In this document: one piece after another, positions 12,191-25,559 of the stretch
Layout: each line of letters begins with the position of its first letter
How positions within the stretch are numbered: position 1 is the first letter of the stretch
DNA from: Epiperipatus broadwayi
Taxonomy: Eukaryota > Animalia > Onychophora
Direction: 5' to 3'
Length of the DNA stretch: 64,000 nt
NCBI GenBank assembly: GCA_028023455.1
Contig: JAQFVV010000003.1
Span: forward strand, 5,270,001 to 5,334,000
Position numbers and translations under genes: made by a program
Notes under the pieces: generated by a model
Seen by the model: the letters and a program-made list of their open reading frames with translations, nothing else
Database searches by the model: none
What the model was told of the DNA's origin: nothing

Positions 12191-14020
12191 TTATGAAGAT
12201 TTTCATGGGTTCGCGGGTTCATCTGTGTTAAAAAATTTAAATATTAATATACTGACATTTCGACTTAATCTTACAAGTCATCCACTGGGTGATAAAAGAT
12301 AGAAAAACAGTTGTATAGGCACTACAATCACTGATTTGAAAAAAATATTAAAGTTCCACCAATAGCAAAAATGTTAAATTAAGAATGTTTTTTAAAAAAA
12401 TAGTTTGCATGTATCATCTTGTTTATTGATACAATCTGGCCTTTTTAGTATCTCAAAGGCTTCTCTAATTTAGCACTGGTAGAGATTATCACATCTGGTT
12501 ATGATCCTGGTACTAAAAATTCAATTTTATGGTCAGAATCTATAGTATGGAGTGAGAGTGCTGCTGCTGATGAGTGTTGTTTAACTGCATTAGCATGCTC
12601 ATCTATCCTAACACTTATGCAACTATTACTCATACCTAAGCAAGAAGCTTTACAATTTTCACATGAGATTTGATAAATACCATGAGATTCAAGAGGGATT
12701 GAATCCTTAGGCTTGGTTATTATATTGCTGATCTTTTAATGAGTAGAAAATGCTGTATCTATATTATAGCATTTTAATATACATCCAATACTGTCTGTAG
12801 TTCCTTTTCCATATGGAACACAAATTCTAATAGCTGATTTATCAACTTTTTGTTTCCTATTTTGTCCATTTTGGGCTTGAAATAAGGCTTTTTTTATAAA
12901 TACTATTTGCTAATAAAACACTATTAATATGACTTATTTCTTCTTTCAGATGTGATTTATCCAAAAGGCCAATTGCTCTATTTAAAAAAGTTTTGACTAC
13001 AGAAACTATCTGAGTTCGGTGATTATGAGAATGTAAATGTAAATATCTGTCTCTGTGTGTATTCTTTTTGTAAATCGAAAAAGATAAACTATTTGGTATT
13101 CTGGTGACTAAAACATCAAGAAAAGGAAGTTTTCCATCAGACTCTGTCTCCATTGTAAATTTAATATGAGGATGCATATTATTTAAATGTAAGAAAAAAT
13201 CATCTAATTTATTTTTACCATGTTGCCATATGACAAAAGTGTCATCTATGTATCTGAGCCAAATGAGAGGTTTTAAAGATGATGATTCTAAAGCATGAGT
13301 TTTTATATTTTCCATGAATAAATCAGCTATTATTCCTGAGATAAATGAGCCCATAGGAGTACCAAAAACTTGTCTGTAATGCTCTCTATTGTATACAAAA
13401 TATGTGTTCAAGAGACAATGTTTAATCAAAACAATAATATGGTCTGGTAAATTGCACCATTGTGAAATTATTATTTAAAGTTTCATCAACAGCAATATAA
13501 TAATCAAGCCTAAGGATTCAATCCCTCTTGAATCTTATGGTGTTTATCAAATCTTATAAAAATTGTAAAGTTTCTTACATAGGTATGAGTAATCATCACA
13601 TCGGTGTTAGGAGAATTGAGCATGCTAATGCAGTTAAACAACACTCATCATCAGCAGCACTCTCCATACTATAGATTCAGGTCATAAAATTGATTTTTCT
13701 AGTACCAGGATCATATCCAGATGTAATAATCTCTACCAGTGCAAAATTATAGAAGCTATTGAGATACTTAAAAGGCCAGATTGTATCAATAAGTGAGATG
13801 ATACATGCAAACTTCCTCCTATTTGGAAAGATTTTTTTAAAAAACATTTTTAATTTAACATTTTTCTGATTGGTGGAACTTTAACATTTTTTTCAAATCA
13901 GTGATTGTAGTGCCTCTACAACCATCTTTCTACCTTTTATCACCCAGTGGATGACTTGTGTGATCAAGTCAAAACACTGGTATATTAATATTTAAATTTT
14001 TTAACACGGATGAACCCACA
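12191..14020 (-). mobile_element. Penelope-like element family A: 5'-truncated RT + GIY-YIG copy on the minus strand with an inverted 3'-terminal repeat (pLTR) on its 5' side
   Basis: ORF 12857-13429 has PLE RT motifs GTPMGS, WLRYIDDTF, LPFLDV and THRDRYL. GIY-YIG is visible as GIYQISCENC (~12690, minus) and GVYQI...SYIG (13539-13584, plus). Segments ~12205-12730 and ~13490-14020 are reverse complements. Confidence 0.92.
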
Positions 14021-15049
14021 AAATGTGTCTTTTATATATATACTATAAGCTCATATACATAAAATCTAATTCTCAGTAATAAAATGCAAGACTGCCTATA
14101 AACAAATGAAAACAATGCATACAATTAAATCATTAACTTAAAGCTATTAATAAATATTTGCTTTAATTATTTAACACTTGGATGATTTCAGCATGAATGC
14201 ATTACATTTAAAATAAATATTACATCCTCCATTATTAATATTATTTATTTATATTTTTTTAACTAACAATTTTTATAAAATTACATTTGGTTAACATGTA
14301 TTGAAAAGATTTATTTACAAAATGTTAACATAACATAAATCTATAATACAGACCAAATCTCTTTTTTTATATATTTCAGCTGCATTAAAATGCAACTAAC
14401 TTTCATTAAACTTTTTTTTTTAATTTTTGCTTCCTGTTTTAAGTAATTCATAAGATAGGATATAGCATATTAATATTAAATATAAACTTAAAATAAAGTC
14501 TAAATAATCATTTGCAAATGAAGGATCTTACAAAGCAAAATAATAATAGTTTGTTTTCTTCCAAAAGCAAGTATTATACAGTTCATATGGGCCATAATAT
14601 ACTTTAACAATCTTAGCTTTGCAATTTACAATAAGTGTTGTTTCTAGTATTCTTTCTCATTTTAACCAGATTTACCCAATAAAGCATGTCAAGTCTTCCA
14701 GATGTCCAGGTTAGATTAGCAGATGGTGCATTTTTACCCACTAAGTATAATAGTATCCAATGTCATTTTAATAAAGTGAGAATCTACAATGAATGCAATA
14801 AGAAAAATTGATTTTATATACATTTTACTTTCTGTCTTGAATAGACTTTTCCAGTTTTTTTAAATTAATTAATTTGCATAACACCTAAATTGCCTGATTT
14901 TTTAATCCCTTATCTAATTGCATTATTGACAATATATTCTTTGACTAAAAATTTTTAAATGCTTTTTACATTTTTTTTAAAAAATCTCTTATCCATGTGA
15001 AAAACCACATGGTTGATACTGAAATAAATAATATATTATTTATTTCAAT

Positions 15050-15074
15050 ATATATATATATATATATATATATA
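15050..15074. repeat. (TA)n microsatellite
   Basis: Direct read of an uninterrupted TA run. Confidence 0.9.
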
Positions 15075-16378
15075 AGCATTTAATTTAACAATATAATTTT
15101 CTGTATAAATTTTGTTTATTTGTATGCATCTATATTAATATATATATATATGATCATCAGCATAAAAAATGAATTTAAAACCTGAGTAAAAAGAAGTAAT
15201 TAAATAAAAAAGAACATGGAAAGTGATTATAAAATGTAGTTAAACTATTGGTTGAGTGCATGACTATATATATATTCAAGTTTATTGATTTTTATCAGCA
15301 TGTCTTTCATCTCATCTCCACCATATTATAAAAACATTATGACAGAATATCAGACTGCCTTCTCCCATTATGTATTTTTCAACAATAACTGGCTCTTCAA
15401 GTGAACTTAAACCTACACATAAAATAATTTAACTTCATTTCTCTTTTTTTTTTCATGTGTAAAATCTTTTTTTAAAGATACAGGGAAATTTCAATATATG
15501 CTGTGCCAATATACACTACTACCATTATATGCTATCCCAAAAAAAATTGTAATGAAATAAAAAAATGCAAACACAAAATAAAAACATTAAAATGTGTAAT
15601 TTTTAATCAATTTTATGATATAGAAGCCATTTTACCATCTCAAAGCACTATATATGATCAAATTTATTAATAGCATTTATTAAGGTTACATAAAAGCACA
15701 TCTTATAATTTACTTTATTCTTTCTATAATGTGGTACAATATTTCATGTAGTAAAATATTTTCTAAGCATAGTTCTAAATGTTTTATATGATTTAATAAA
15801 ATTGCTAAAGTATTTTTTTTTCAAGCAATTTAATAAAAACTGGCAATTTAATAGTAACAGAAAAAAAGAATTGTAACACATCTTTGAATTGCATCAAAAA
15901 ACTTAATATTCAAAAAATTTAACTGAAAATTCAAAATGGGTTATGGCAAGTAGGAGTAACTATATAAATTCAAAAAGTAATTTGGATTTAAAAACATGAA
16001 AACAATTAGAGAAACCATAGTTTGTTATTAATGAAACTTTTATAGCATTTCTATAGGGGTAAAAAAATTATTGAAGATAAAAGATATTGTCTAGAGTATG
16101 CTTAATTGTAATAAAAATCTAACACTTCATTATTCAATTTTATTTTAAAAAATAATAAAGATATGATACAATCAAGTTTTTATTCATTTTTTGAGTAAAT
16201 ATGAATGAATAAATACACATAGTAAATATATATGTAAATGTGTTCCTACAATTTATTTTTAATAATACATTATTATTATTATTCAATTTTTTATACTATA
16301 ATCTTAATTTATACATGTATATTATATAGATAAAAGATTTGGTTTATTTATATATATATATATATAGAGAGAGAGAAA

Positions 16379-16568
16379 TAGCTCACAAATAAGCTTTTAC
16401 CAAGCTTTGCAGAATATCCCCAAACCCAGACCCATTTCTGCTACTAGCTTCCTCAGTGAGATGGTAGACTTGAATATCCTAGCCCTTACAGAGAAAGCCA
16501 ATAGCAGAAATGGGTCTGAGTTGGGAGATATTCTGCAAAGCTTGTTAAGAGCTTATTTGCAAGCTCTA
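16379..16568. mobile_element. ~190-bp hairpin (MITE-like) element
   Basis: Arms of ~65 bp (16379-16443 and 16502-16566) are imperfect reverse complements, e.g. AAGCTTTGCAGAATATCCCCAAACCCAGACCCATTTCTGCTA versus TAGCAGAAATGGGTCTGAGTTGGGAGATATTCTGCAAAGCTT. Spacer ~58 bp; TA-rich flanks. Confidence 0.7.
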
Positions 16569-16627
16569 TATATAACATTTGTAATCCAAGATTATTAAAG
16601 ATCATGTGATATATGACTTGATTTCTC

Positions 16628-16631
<4 letters not shown>

Positions 16632-16704
<73 letters not shown>
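16632..16704. repeat. Compound (TA)n(TG)n microsatellite
   Basis: Direct read. Confidence 0.92.
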
Positions 16705-16707
<3 letters not shown>

Positions 16708-18999
16708 AGTACTGCACATTTCAGTTTAGTAAAATATGTATTTTATGAAAATCAAATCTTATCAATGATGAATGTGAGGGTTTTTTAGAAAAAATATAGC
16801 AGATATCATATGACTTCACTATATATGTAAAACTTCAAAATCCACCATATTCTTAAAAATATAAGTGAAAACATCTAAAGAAGACAAATGGCTTACAAAA
16901 TTCATTTTGTGCTAAACCAGAACTCTTCAGACTGCTCCAGATCACAAGCTCTTGCATATATCTGTATTATTTTATTTTATTATTTATTGATATCAAATTA
17001 TTATACTTTGATTTTCATCAATCAAACTTTCTGCATTCACAATTTTGCCACCAAACACTTCAGACAAATACATTAACGACTATCACTAATCATTTTTTAA
17101 ACTAGAAGTTATCCCTAACTTAGATGTGAACTTTAAAGTTCAGTTAAAGAAGAATATATACCTGCTTTACAGAGACATCAGCACTTGAATCATAATGCCT
17201 ATGTTGATGGTTTGATAACTTTTGCTATATTTTTAACTTCTACACAAAAGGTGAAAAATTATTTGTATTGCAAAATTTATATTTTCAAGTTTTGGGTTTT
17301 TATCAATACAACTTTCATCCCAATTTTTCACACTGCAAATATTCACTAGCTGAGAAAGTGAGATAATCTGACTTTGCATGCATTTCTGTCCAACAGTTGC
17401 TCTTCAGATAAGTTTACACATACACATGAAATATTTCAACTACATCTCTCTTTTTTGTATACAATTGATTTATCCAATAAAAAAATCGAAGATTTGTAAA
17501 GAAAATTGAATTATTAAATTATATGATAATATATAATAATATTATAGATAATAAGACTTTTAAATATAAAAATACATAATCCACATGTAGAAAATCATTT
17601 AGACAAATAAATTTAAGATGGATAGTAAGATATCACACATGCAATTTTAAGGCATATATTTATTGTAAGAAATTGTTGATCATGCTTATGAAACACTAAT
17701 AGAAAAGCAAATGATAAAAGATGTCGAAAATTAGTCACACTACCACAATAAAATAATATATAGTACTGAAACATATGAATGTTTTTTTCTGTAAGAAGCT
17801 ATATATATGTAATACAAATAAAATGTCCATTAGAACTAAGTAGTCCAGTACAGGGAAAGAAGATCTATAGAGCTTTTTGCATAGAAATTGAGAAAAAAAA
17901 GACAATACTCACCAAACTATTCAATTGCTAGGTAATAATAGCAATTGTAGCTTTTTAAAATCTTTTAATTAATAATAACTAGATACTCATTAACCAGCCA
18001 ATAATAGAACAGCTAGTTTATTACCTCAAAAAAGTTCTCTAGTTTAATTAAAAGTTCCTTTGCTATCCAAATGTTTTTTTCAAAATTCATTGAATTCTTA
18101 ACTAGATGTGCTAGACACGACCTACACAACTCCCATAAAGGCGGACTGTAATTATTATACACAATAATTTTAAAAGTCGTTTTTTTAATGATTAAATTGT
18201 AAAAAATACATCATATAACTAAATGCTTCAATTCTCTGTTATATATAATATAAGCAACATGGAGAAGTAATTGTCATATGAATTGATGAAGTTCTTAATG
18301 ATCTCCACTAAGATAGCAAAGATTTATCACCGTCCTTGACAAGATGTCATTATAAGTGTAAGAAAAGAAAAAAAATATCTATAGATTTTTGTTTTAAAAA
18401 GTGGAAAGTAGTGAATAAATTGCACTTTCGAAAGAAAAAAGTATAAATCTATATGTTTGATTGTAGGTATATAATCAGACATGTTGTATCAAAATATTTA
18501 TGAACCCATATGATTTAATATTAAACAATTATTTTAAAATAATATCAAGTTGTTATCATACTCGACCACTAAAAAATCAAAGTGACAATAGAATTAATGA
18601 ATAAATAGCTATGTCAAACCCTCTTAGAACTGTGGAATAGTTCAAACATTATCATTATATATATATAAATAACTGCTAATTCATATATGAAAAAATATTT
18701 TCATGTTTTACTTTCAGCTATGAAAGCTTTCCTAAACATAAAACTACGTAAGAAGTTATTTGTTAGACAATAGTATATGTAGTGACATTAATTTGGGTAG
18801 CTACCAAAAATCACTGATAATATTTTATTACTTAAAATATATGTAATCATGATTTCATGGACTTTTATATTATAATATTTGGAATGAGAGTTAATAGAGA
18901 GTGCTCAAATGTTCTCATTCATAATGCATTATTGAATCTATATATTGGCCTTTTCTTAAAAAGAAAACAAAAGAAAATAGCATGGAAGCATAGATGCAG

Positions 19000-20230
19000 A
19001 AAAGTTGAATTGTTACTATTAGAAAACTCATTGTTTCAATATTATGACATACTCAATATACTTAACACAAGAACTGAACAACCATTAATGATAATAATAT
19101 TCACATTAGTATAAACATAACAGAACAAAAGCTTACTAAAAATGATTCTATTAACAGTTGATATTCCTAATCTTCAGAAATATTCCAATAAATTTAAACT
19201 AGAACCTGTAAATTATTTTAAAATATTAATAATCTTTGGTGATGCATTAGATTTAAATCAAATGAATAAGAAAATAACTGATATCTACTAAGAACTGCAA
19301 TGCTAATAGCTGGTACAAAAAAAAAACTAGTAAATTTTTAACTAAGATACCAAAAGTATGAAAAAAAAACTCATTAAGATAATAAAAAATGAATATTATG
19401 ATGAACTGAATATCTGAAATCCTGTAAAATGTTATAGAAAAATATCAATGGTGAATAAAAAAAATATAACCTTGAATTGTCAAGGAAACTTACCGAAAAG
19501 AAAAGAAATATCAGAAATATAAAACAATATCTTGGTATTGGAAAAAAATATTTCAGCAATAAAAAGAAAAGATAACATATTACCAAAAGAGAAATGACAC
19601 TATAAAATCTGTGAAAATATTGACAAAAAATAATATAGTAAGAAAAAAAAAGAAAACAAAGTAGCTCATACAATTACATTTTTTGGAATATCAAATATTT
19701 TATATAAAAGGTGAGATATGCAATTAAATCTATTAGGAAAATGGAAAAGCTCCAGAAAATGTTAAAATTATTATTGTTATCTTGAAAAAAAAAACAGGTA
19801 TAGAAATAGAGAAAGTGTTAGCAAAATTATATATCAAAATGTCTAAATCATAAAGATGTACAATGGAAAAATGTAGAGATGATATTGATATTTAAGAAAA
19901 ATCAAAAAGATATTAAAAATTACAGAGCTGTTTGTATTCTATAAGTTTTATAGAAGATCTTAAATAACATCATTACAATTCAGTTAAAGGACTTTGGACT
20001 TCATTGAATTAAAAGAAAAATCTGCATTTAAAAATGATGTTAGCACAGTGTTAGGGATTAAGAAAAGTTAGAGAAAGGAACAAGTTGATTTGTAGATTAT
20101 CGAAAGGCATTTGATTATATATTTCTATGGTGATTAAGTCATTGATTCATTGAGATATAAATCCAGAATACTGTCATAGTCTGAAGAATATTTATCAAAA
20201 TGCAAGAAAAGGTTAATGAGTAATTTCCAA
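19000..20230 (+). mobile_element. Decayed RTE-type LINE fragment (linker and RT N-terminal half)
   Basis: FVDYRKAFD at ~20089-20115. An upstream YR-x-I-C-I-L-Y-K-like segment (~19920) and an EK-S-A-F segment (cf. EQAGFR). A-rich and heavily disrupted. Confidence 0.6.
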
Positions 20231-21363
20231 ACATTTATGGAGTTATTTGTCATTGCTATGTCAATTACTTACTTAAATTTTATTCTTTTTACTTTTCTTC
20301 TCAATCCAATATTTTAGTCTTTCCCCAATGAAATATATGTCATCGGTGCTTGCATATTCTACTACTTTAGCCATCTGGATCATCTGATTTCACCAATATA
20401 TGTCTTTTAACATTTTCCTAGTATTTCATAAAGGCAGTTTTTGATAGCATTTCCAGTTTGGATTTAGTAAAGATTATGAATCTTTACAATATATTATGGC
20501 TTTGGAAAACTGTTATATTATAATGATTGCAGATTTTATTTAGTTTATCTACTAATTATGATATATATAGCTATATTGAAATATCTATAATTATTTTTTA
20601 ATTTTGATTTTTTTTTTCATTTTGTATTTAAGATTTTCTTACTGATAGCTAATGGATAATTATTTGTTATGAGAATTTATTCTAAGTATCATTTTTTTTC
20701 TAAGTTACTAGTTTCTGAACAATTTTTTTTTTGCTCTGTTCTATAGTGATAAAAATAGTGATTTCATAAATGAAAAGTCTTATATATAATAAACACTTAC
20801 AAAAAATAATTATTCATCAGCTCTTATTAAAAAAACTTTAAATAGATAACAATCAGCAATAAAAGAAAAACTAAAAAAAATTTAAAAATCAGTTTAATAT
20901 TGAAACAGCTTTCCAAAACCATAATACACTATGAAGATTCCTAATATCTACAAAATCAAACTGAAAATACTAAAAAACATAAACAGTATTTATTAAATAT
21001 TATACAAATGTAGAAGAAAACATATTGGTGAAACCAGCTGACTCAATAAAAATAAGTAAAAGAGAATAAAGTAATCATTAAAATAGAAAAATATATATCT
21101 AAAGTAACAGAGCATGCATACACCAAAGAACATGTTTTACTGGAAAAGATTAGAATATTAAACAGAAAGGGGGGAGGAAACTTTAAAGATGCCACTTATA
21201 TGATAATGACAAATAATTTCATAAGTCAACCTAGTATGATAATTCATAATATTTGAAAACCACTCATTAACCTCATACTTAAAAATGGAGAAATCAGGAT
21301 GACCCTTATAAATAACTATATAAAGTATTTATTTATTGTTGCATTTGTCATAAGGCCCTAGAT

Positions 21364-21878
21364 CAAGGGTTAGCAAACTACAGCTCATAAGTCTAATGTA
21401 GCTCTTTGAATCTAATCTTGTAGCTCTTTGTGTCATTTGTAAGTACATATTTTGAAGACTCTAAGAGAGGGAAAATATGCATTAATTTCTTGAATCTTGC
21501 CTTATTATAGAATAGTAATTTTTTGTATATGATAAATGTTTAAATATTAGAAATTTGTGAATAAATAAAACTGTCAAATCCTTTTTTTGTTTTTATTTAT
21601 TTATTTTTAAGAGAACTTTCATTTTAGTTAGAATGTATACAGATTCTGTTTCATTCTATTACTAAAATAAATGACCATTCAAACATTCATATTTCTTATG
21701 AACATATTTTCACCTCTTTTCTTGCAATTTTTTAATAGAAGGAGGAGAGAATAATTCTTTCCTTGTGATTATTTATTGGGGGGGGGGGTATCTCTTTTCT
21801 TGTGGCTCTTTAATGAGAGGGAAGATAGAAGATTTAAACAAAATGGCTTTTTGCAATAAAGGGTTTGCTGATTCCCTG
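21364..21878. mobile_element. hAT (Charlie/SPIN-like) non-autonomous element, ~515 bp
   Basis: Left CAAGGGTTAGCAAAC and right GTTTGCTGATTCCCTG (revcomp CAGGGAATCAGCAAAC). Subterminal (G/T)GGCTCTTT/TAGCTCTTT motifs typical of SPIN-like hATs. CTAG-type target site on the left; TSD degenerate. Confidence 0.6.
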
Positions 21879-24088
21879 CTTAGTTGGTTAAAGTGTCACT
21901 TAAATTTATTGTTTGTGAGTCTAAATGTCCTAGATTTGGTTCATATGCTGCATGAACAAGACAAGAATATAACAGCCCTGACATATTGCCTTATATACTA
22001 GCCTATGTATTATTACTAATAATGGGTTGTATTTGTAAAGTTTAAATAAAGTTTGAATTTTTCTATTTAATAATTAATTCCAGATTATAGAAGTAGTTCA
22101 ATATGTAATTATAAAGGAAATGCCAACATCTCAAATATTTCAGACGATCCTATTAATCAGAGCATTTGAGAGTTTCCTATCAGCTTTGCAAAAATAATAT
22201 ATACATAATATAAATCAAGACAATATAATGAAAGTGGAGTTAACCTTATAAAATTTACTACATCGATATTAATTACTAAATAAATATTAGTTATTGTTAG
22301 CTAAAGGCAGGATTGTAGCGCTGGACACAACTTGCTAGTTATAGATTAATATTTATTGATGTGCTTCCTGTTACTATAGAAAATTTTGTAAAATTGATTC
22401 CAATTTCATTTTTTTAATATATTGTGCAAATAAATTTAAACGCTATTAAATATATATATAATTGCAAAACTACGTATTTCAATTTTTTTTTTTATACTTT
22501 TAACATCTTTATAAAGTTAAGATGCACTTTGATTTTTAAAACTAGAAATGAGAATGTGTGCTTTGTATAAAAGATTTGTTTTATTTTTATCTAAAATGCT
22601 TAGAGTTCCAAGATGATTTTTTTTATTTTTAACTAAGATAAAATAAAAAGGACACTAGATAAGACGAAATACTTTAACAGTAAATTTCTTAGAAGTTCAA
22701 AAGACAAGTGAACAGATTTAATGATGAGAAGATTAATTCAGAAAGAAAAATTATATTGCTGAACTAAAAGGTCAAGGAAAAATTTCGGTTAGCATAACCT
22801 GGCATATACACAATGTCATGGTGGAAGAGTATGTATAGTAAATCAGTAACAAGCTTAATAATCTGCCTACATGACGTTTTATTAAAAAATGAACTTTTTA
22901 AATAGAACAACATTTAAGACTTGTGATCTTGGCATTTATACAGCACTCGCATTTATTTTTATAACTCTGGTTAGCATTTCGATTAATTTTGAAAGCTTTA
23001 CTATGAGAATAACAATTATATCAACAAATCTATTCTTCTCAACTAATCCAAATCATTTGATAAATATTTGAGCCTTGTGATAATTATATTTGGACCAATA
23101 TTACTAATTTATTAATTTTTTTGTTTTGTTTTAACATTTCAAACATCTTAAAAGTTTTCTCTAAATAAACATAAACACAAACTCACTGCTGATAAAAAAA
23201 TTAGATTTTTTGCTAATTTTTTGCAAACAGAATATTTCACCAACACATTTGGCAGAAAATCCCTCAAAAAAAGCGAAGTTTAAGATAGAAAGCAGATCAT
23301 AGTAAAGGTAACATGATATACCAAGGACTATTGCCTTCATGTAAAACAAAACTAACAAATAATCTTCTGTTATTAGATTAATAGTTTGGGAACTTAATGA
23401 GTAGATCTTGAATATTTTCAAGTTTTTGCTTTTATCAAATGCATCTATCAACTTCACAATATTGTTTATTTTTCTTAAAATTAGATAACTTAGCTGTACC
23501 CAAATTTTTAATAAGAAAAAAAAATAGCATGAATTTCTTTATTACTCAGTACTTTTCAACTAATGTTTGAGCAACCAATGTGGAAAGATAAGCAAAAGTG
23601 TTCGCATCAAATCACAAAAATGCTCTCTCCCTTCTATTTTTCTTTCTATTTTCACTTTCATCAGTTAGAATTTATCCAGATTTCTCTATATCTCCAGTCT
23701 ACTATTCTCATCACTTAACTCAACTGGTTAGGGATTAACAAAAACGCTAAAGCGTTTAATACGATAAAAGTATATATTTACAATTTATTCCACTTCACTT
23801 TATTATATATTCTATCTATATTTAAATTCACCTTCAACACATAAAAGTAATAAGTTCTTTGTCAGAATGCAGGTGAAAATAACTAAGCAACTAAATGGTA
23901 ACACATGATTATCATTAAGGGTAATTTGCCATCCTTCCAAACATAGCAACATAATTTATTCTATCATTTCAATTTCAGACATACAACATGAACGTTAATA
24001 AGCCTCATAGCACTTGAAATACATAAACATCCACATATATAATTGTTATATTTCGTAGTATATTTTAATAAAATAGTTCACTTCCCGT

Positions 24089-24380
24089 AATATAAAAAAA
24101 ATAAAAACTTATAAATAAAATTTAATAAAGAAGTAATAAATAATTATAATACAAATAGGCTAAATGTTTTCGAAGATCCATGCCTCATAATCATAGCCTT
24201 TTTAAAAATATATGCAAAGATATTTAAAATAGTGCTATTTTAAATATATTTTATTATATATTTTTAAGAAGGTTATGATTATGGGGTATGGATTTTCGAA
24301 AACGTTCAGCCTATCTGTATTATAATTATTTATTACTTCTTTATTAAACTTTATTTATAAGTTTTTATTTATTTTTAGTA
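24089..24380. repeat. ~290-bp spacerless palindrome (foldback), possibly a short inverted PLE 3' end
   Basis: AAATAAAAACTTATAAATAAAATTTAATAAAGAAGTAATAAATAATTATAATACAAATAGGCT at the left is mirrored in 24306-24371. Centre near AAAATAGTGCTATTTT (~24232). Confidence 0.85.
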
Positions 24381-24744
24381 TCTTTTAGTTGATTTTTTTA
24401 AAAATAAAAATCTTTACAACAATAGAAAATGAAGACAGTTAAGTACAATATAGACATTTAAATCATTTTGTCCCCAAATCTAATTACTCCTTTACAACAC
24501 AAACAATATAAATTATGATCTTGTGGAGGAAAAACTTTCACATTTAAAAAATAAAATGTATGACTATAAATTAATTATGATTAATACTATTACTGCTATA
24601 TTAAATTAGTGAATATATGTTTAGAAGTTACCATAATCGAAGAAGCTGATGGTTTAAAATGAAACGCATGTCCAGTGCGAGTTTAAACAATTCATTTCAT
24701 AATATTTGAATGCAAGTATATACTGAACTTTAGATGTAATTACA

Positions 24745-25155
24745 GGGCATTTGAACACAGACATTCAAGATATCTTCAGATATCCACTTTTATCTAACTG
24801 AGACACATTACCAAATACATAAGAAAAAATAAATGATCTCAAATATAATTATTTTGTGCTGAACCAGCACTCATCAGTTGATCCAGATCATTTCCCATAT
24901 ATATATAATCAGTGCTCAGTTTATATTAGGATAGCAAATCTTCAAATCTTAATAAACAGACTTCAATCTTCTCCACCCTATAACTCTTTAGCACTGATTA
25001 TATATGACCTGGACTAACTAATGAGTGCTTGGTCGGCATAAAATACATATATTAGAGACCATTTATCTTTTTCACATGTATGCGGTCATGTACATCAATT
25101 ATATAAGATGGAAAGAATAGTTGAAGGGAGCTTGAAACTCTGTAATCAAATCCTC
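24745..25155. mobile_element. Hammerhead-bearing non-coding repeat (retrozyme/PLE-like): full copy on minus (24745-24992) head-to-head with a 5'-truncated plus copy (24991-25155)
   Basis: Both halves align to the dispersed copy at 41150-41400. Minus strand 24835-24889 reads GATC-TGGA-TCAA-CTGATGA-GTGCTG-GTT-CAGCAC-AAAA-TAATTATA-TTTGAGATC. Confidence 0.75.
24835..24889 (-). ncRNA. Type I hammerhead ribozyme motif (GAAA decayed to AAAA)
   Basis: Intact CUGAUGA core, 6-bp stem II (GTGCTG/CAGCAC), short palindromic stem III, and stem I TCAA/TTGA + GATC/GATC with a TGGA bulge. CGAAA to CAAAA is a CpG transition. Confidence 0.7.
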
Positions 25156-25559
25156 ACTAAGGTTCAAAGAATACATTTTATTATATATATATATTTCTTG
25201 CATATAACTTATTAAATCAATTCACAGTATTCCTGAATTGCACTTCATAATCTCATAAAATATTAACTTAATGAAAAAGATAGGATGATTTCTCTCACTA
25301 CATATATTAATTTATATTTCTTAAAACAAATCTCCAGTCATCAGCCAAGCTAGGGGTTTAAACAACTTGGTACTCCAGAATGTATTTACAATCTAGTAGA
25401 GATTGCACAATATTAAACATTTTAATGTCATTTACGAGTGGAAGTAATTTTTGACTACTCTCAAAAATTCATTGAAAAATTCAACATAACACTTTAAAGA
25501 TTTGTAATTATTAAATATTAAGCTAGAAAGATGTATATAACCAAACAAGTCAATTTACA

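Noticed and set aside
21778-21788. Poly-G runs (also ~38757, ~43275, ~57271) as G-quadruplex signals
   Set aside because: Isolated homopolymers of about 9-12 nt with no shared context; insufficient evidence of function.
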